DNA from: Heterodontus francisci
Taxonomy: Eukaryota
Direction of reading: 5' to 3'
DNA: 64,000 nucleotides
NCBI RefSeq assembly: GCF_036365525.1
Contig: NC_090404.1
Location: 8,866,001-8,930,000 of the forward strand
The position numbers were made by a program, and so were the translations under genes. The notes under the pieces are model-generated. The model had not been told where the DNA came from, did no database searches, and saw only the letters and a list, made by a program, of their open reading frames with translations. Positions 58,604 through 64,000 of this stretch are shown here, in pieces (the stretch's first letter is position 1; every line of letters begins with the position of its first letter).

Positions 58604-61600
58604 GAGTTGGTGGAGGCAGAAATTAGGTAACTATAGGCCAGTTAGCTTGACGTCTGTCATGGGGGAGGTGTTAAAATCGATCATTAAGGAGGCTACAGCT
58701 GTGTACTTAGAAAACCCGAGGGAATCAGGAATAGTCAGCATGGTTTGTGAAAGGAAGTCATTTTTGACCACTTTATTGGAGTTCTTTGAATGAGTAATAT
58801 GCGCCGTGGATAAAGGGGTGCCGGTTGACGTTCTGTACTTGGATTTCCAGAAGGCATTTGACATGGTGCCACATGAAAGGTTATTACGCAAAATACGAGC
58901 TCTTGCTCTAAGGGGTAACATATTATCATGGATAGAAGATTGGCTGGCTGGCTGGCAGAAAGAGAGATTATTCATAAATAGATCCTTTTCCGATTGGCAG
59001 GATGGGACGAGTATATTACTAACTTAATTGAGTTTTTTGAGGAAGTAACAAGAAGGATTGATAAGGGTAGTGCAGTGGATGTGGTCTATATGGATTTTAG
59101 TAAGGCATTTAACAAGATCCCACATGGCAGACTGGTCAGTAAAATGAAAGCCCATGGGATACAGTGGAATGTGGCAGGCTGGATCCAGAATTGGCTGAGG
59201 GACAGGAAACAAAGGGTAGTACTCGACGGATATTTCTCTGAATGGAAAGCTGTTTCCAGTGGTGTTCCACAGGACTCAGTGTCGGGTCCCTTGCTGTTTT
59301 TGGTATACATTAATGATTTGGACTTAAATGTGGGCGGCATGATTGGGAATTTTTCTGATGACACAAAAATTGGCCATGTAGTTGATAGTGAACAGGATAG
59401 CTGTAGACTCCAGAATGATATCAATGGTTTGGCTGAATGGGTGAAAAAGTGGCAAATGGAATTCAATCAGAAAAGTGTGAGCTAATGCATTTGGGGAGGG
59501 CAAATAAAGCGAGGAAGTACACAATAAACGGGAAGATATTGAGAGGGGTAGAAGAAGTGTATACCTTGGTGGGAATGTCCACGGTCCCTGAAGGTGGCAG
59601 GACAGGTAGATAGAGTGGTGAAGAAGGCATATGGAATGCTTTCCTTTATTGGCCGAAGTATAGAATTCAAAAGCAGGGATGTAATGCTGGAACTGTATAA
59701 AATGCTGGTTAGGCCACAGTTGGAGTATTGTGTACAGTTCTGGTCACCACATTACAGGAAGGACATAATTGCTCTGGAGAGAGTACAGAGGAGATTTACA
59801 AGAATGAACAGGACTCGAAAGTTGCAGCTTTGAAGAAAGATTGGATAGTCTAGGGTTGTTTTTTCTGGAACTGAGGAGGCTGAGGGGTGACTTAATTGAG
59901 GTGTACAAAATTATGAGGGGCCTAGATAGACAGGAAGGACCTGTTTCCCCTGGAGGATAGGTTGACTAGCAGGGGGATCAGATTTAAAGTGATTGGTAGA
60001 AGGATTGGGATGGACATGAGGAAAAACGTTTTTTCACCCAGAGGTGGTGGGTGTCTGGAATTGACTGCCAGGAACGTTGGTGGAGGTGGAAACCCTCAAT
60101 TCTTTTAAAAGGTAGCTGGACATGCACCTGAGGTGCTGTAACCTGCAAAGGTACGGACCTGGTGCTGGAAGGTAGGATTAGATTGGGTGGCTAGTTATTT
60201 CGGCCGGCACAGAGGCGACGAAATGTTTCTATGGTTCTTTGGAGTGGAGTCCCACAGAGGTCTGTGCTGGGGCCTTAGGTTTTTACAATTTATATCAACG
60301 GACATAGACGAGGGGAGCAATGGCATGGTAGCAAAATTTACTGATGACACAAAGATAGGCATAAATTATGTTGTGAAGAGGGCAAAAGGAGCTTGCAGAC
60401 TGATATAGATAGGCAGAGTGAGTGAGCAAAAATATGGCAGTGTATAATGTGGGAAAATGTGAATTTGTTCACTTGGGAGGAAGAATAAAAGAGCAGAGTA
60501 TTACTTAAACGGAGAAAGACAGCAGAATTCCGAGGTGCAGAGGGATCTAGGTGTTCTAGTGCATGAGCCACAAAAAGTTAGCATGCAGATACAGCAACGA
60601 ATAAAGAAGGCGGATGGAGCACTATCCTTTATTATGAGAGGAATTGAAAATAAAAGTATGGATGTTATGCTTCAGTTACATAGGGCATTGGTGAGACTGC
60701 ATCTCAAATACGGTGTGCACTTTAGGTCTCCTTATTTAAGGAAAGATGTAAATGCGTTGGAGGCGGTTCAGAGAAGGTTTACCAGATTGATACTTGGAAT
60801 GAGCGGGTTGTCTTATGAGGAAAGGTTGGACAGACTGGGCTTGTTTTTACTGATATTTGGAAGAGTGAGGGGAGACTTGATTGAGGTATATAAGATCCTG
60901 AATGGTCTTGATAATGTGGCTGTGGAAAGGATGTTTCCTCTTGTGGGTGAGTCCAGAACGAAGGGGCACTTTTTTAAAATTAGGGGTCGCCCTTTTAGGA
61001 CAGAGATGAGGAGAATATTTTTCTCTGAGGGTTGTGCGACTTAATTGGAACTCTCTGCTTCAGAAGGTGGTGGAGGCGGGGTCATTGAATATTTTTTAAG
61101 GCGAAGGTAGATAGATTCTTGTTAGGTAAGGGATTCAAAGGTTATCAGGGGGAGATGGAAGTGTGGAATTCGAAACACAAACTGATCAGCCATGATCTTA
61201 TTGAATGCTGCAGCAGGCTCGAAGGGCTGAATGGCCCACTTCTGCTCCTAATTCGAATGTTCAAATGTATGTTTCTATGTTGGTTGACACTTTTCCTACA
61301 TTACACGAGTGACTATACCTCTAAGGAACCTCTGACTATAAAGCGATTTGGGATGTCCTGGTGTCGTGAAATGCCCTATAAGAATGCAAGTCTTTCTTTA
61401 TTTATTTGATTTATGGAACTCATTTCTCTAACATGCCAAACAGGGATTGAAACTCAACAGATCAATGTGGGCAATCTAATCCCATAATCACAACAATCCT
61501 GTACCTCTCTGTATGGCATAGTTGTGTTATCTGTCACAGGCAGCAGGGGGCTTGAGACTGCAGTTCTGGACTGCTCTGGCAAGCTGCATCGCGGGGCTTC

Positions 61601-64000
61601 ACTTAAATACTTCAGGGGTTCAAGTTATTTCGCCCAGAGCAGTGTCCCAGAGATCATTGGTGGGCCGCATGGTCCCTGAGTCACTGGCTGTGGGTTGTCT
61701 GAATAAACAACAGGTTCAAAACAAAAGCCTGTAGATTTCATACCGTCTCTGAGCACTGTCTGAAAGACATTCCCACAATGGACTGATACACAGGAGGGAA
61801 CCAACACGGAATGGAGTAATAAGCATGCGCAGTTTCACTGATAGGCATCACCCCGAGAAACTTTGAGCAAACCATCGGTCCGGTGCAGTGAAAACTCAAA
61901 CACAGTGATGGAGCGCCATCAAGTGATGATGAGAGGGAACTGACAGCCACTTTGTCCCAATCCTGTGACAAGATTATCCTGTTTACTGATTACTATTACT
62001 GCTGTTTTATTATTACTGTGGTTATGATTACAGTTATTGTTAGTGTTACTGTTGCCATTTTATTGTTTGGCTTTAGATACAATTGCTGTGTCATATTCAT
62101 TCTCAGGATGTTCCGGATTTACAGACTCTCCTTGCTGTTTTACACTGTCTGTATGGATGCGGTCGGTGAAGAGGAGGTGATGCCTCTCCCTCCGCGGGTG
62201 GTTGTCAGTGAAGCGAGAATTGTCTCCATGAATTGCTCCATTACCTTCCGTTTACTGTTCTACACTTTTACAGACAGCAACCTTATCAGCCCCTCCAGCA
62301 TCTGGGGATGGCCACAAGCTCACTGATCAACACGGGAGGATCACTACTTCAATCGGGGGAGACTGCAAACGCAGTGCAGTGACTGTCAGAAAGGAGCGAG
62401 TGACAGACACCGCCACCTTTCTCTGAGCTGTGAGGCCACAGTGTAACAAACAAATTACAAATTCAGAGTCGGTACAGGAACCCACAGAGTGGGAGAGCCG
62501 CTCTTCTGTCTTTGAACTATTGATACTGTTGTAACAATCGATATCTATAGTGAATGAAATCAAAAATAGTAAATAGAGAGAGAGTGACACTGAGAGAGAG
62601 AGAGAGATTTAAAGAAAGTGAGAAATAGAGTTGGAAACGCAAAGAGAGAAAATAGTAGTAAAAGCATGAAAGGAAGAATGAGAGAGAGAAACACTTTCCT
62701 AATCCGTGTAGAGCAAATTAGGAAAATGAGAGGACTGAAATAAAAGAAACAACCAGAATGAAACACAAAGCTACAAGGTAAGAGAAAGCTATGAAGAAAT
62801 GGATTCGGAAATTAAGTAATAGGCACTTTCCTTTCAACTCACTCATTTCCCTTTCTCCTATTTCCACAGTTGAATTGTCTGAAAAGCGTCTCCTCGTAAA
62901 TGGCCGCTGGAAACTGACCAATAGATCAAATCACACTTTACTCTGCCCATTAACTGGACATAGGAACATAAGAGGAGGAGCAGGCCATTCAGCCCATCAA
63001 GCCTGATCCGCAATTCAATATGATCATGGCTCATCATTCACTTCAAACCCTTTTCCCCCACCATATATATCTGTCAATCTCTACGTCCAACATACTCAAT
63101 GACTGAGCTTCCACAGTCCTCTGGGGTAGAGAATTCCAAAGATTCACAACCCTCTCCTCATCTTTGTTTTTTTTTTATTTAGAGATACAGCCCTGAAACA
63201 GGCCCTTCAGCCCACCGAGTCTGTGCCGACCATCAACCACCCATTTATACTAATCCTACACTAATCCCATATTCCTACCACATCCCCACCTGTCCCTATA
63301 TTCCCCTACCACCTACCTATACTAGGGGCAATTTATAAATGGCCAATTTACCTACCAACCTGCAAGTCTTTTGGCTTGTGGGAGGAAACCGGAGCACCCG
63401 AAGGAAACACACGCAGACACAGGGAGAACTTGCAAACTCCACACAGGCAGTACCCAGAATTGAACCCGGGTCGCTGGAGCTGTGAGGCTGCAGTGCTAAC
63501 CACTGCGCCACTGTGCCGCCCATCTCTGTCCTAAGTGTCTTCCCCCTTATTTTGAAATTGTGTCCCCTGGTTCTAGACTCCTCAACCAGGGGAAACATCT
63601 TACCTGCATCTACCCTGCCTATCCCTTTCAGTATTTTGTAGGTTTCAATGACATCACCTCTCATTCTTCGAAACTCTAGAGAATACAGGCCCAGTTTCCC
63701 CAATTGCTCTTCATAGGACAGTCCCGCCATCCTGGGAACAAGTCTGGTGAACCTTCATTGCACTCCCTCTATGGCAATAATATTCTTCCTCCGGTAAGGG
63801 GACCAAAACTGCACACAGTTCTCCAAATGCAGTCTAACCAAGGTTCTGTACAATTGAAGCAAAGCTTCACTTCTCCTGTGCTCAAATCCGCTTGTGATAA
63901 AGGCCTACATACCGTTAGCCTTCTTAATTACTTGCTGCACCTGCGTGTTCGCTTTCAGTGAATTATTGACAAGGACACCCAGGTCCCTTTGTACATCTAC
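58604..64000 (+). repeat. Recent tandem segmental duplicate of ~47143-52540 (offset 11461 bp), running off the window
   Basis: Paired ORFs at identical offset (47533/58994, 49074/60535, 50491/61952, 52243/63704) with few substitutions. Contains the same CR1 mosaic, V pseudogene, CR1 and SINE. Confidence 0.97.
62156..62482 (+). pseudogene. TCR V pseudogene, duplicate of 50695-51021
   Basis: Same frameshift, TGA at the second Cys and 30-bp RSS spacer. Confidence 0.82.

Noticed and set aside
58446-58793. Novel chimeric retroelement
   Set aside because: Only 115 aa, created at a duplication breakpoint and followed by stops.

Overview
Cartilaginous-fish (shark-like) genomic DNA, not prokaryotic. 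Left ~16 kb: a 13-finger C2H2 zinc-finger gene (minus strand), a ~65-bp satellite, five decayed tRNA genes (Val, Glu, Val, Lys, Glu) and many CR1, Tx1, Penelope and SINE fragments. At 16.9-17.6 kb there is an orphan immunoglobulin heavy-chain (IgM-like) transmembrane exon with intact splice sites, a probable TM2 exon and a polyA signal. The ORF track misses it, and it sits in the spacer of an old inverted duplication. At 20-25 kb there is a near full-length CR1 LINE (7 x 160-bp 5' monomers, broken ORF1, open ORF2). From 26.8 kb to the end lies the edge of a T-cell receptor alpha/delta-type V array with ~15 V segments in mixed orientation. Six look intact (leader, V exon, 23-RSS), two are open but lack conserved residues, and about seven are pseudogenes. 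CTCF-like motifs and two segmental duplications (older ~3.7 kb; recent tandem with 11.46-kb period) occur among them. No convincing D, functional J or intact C exon is seen. All homology calls come from pattern recognition; no searches were run.
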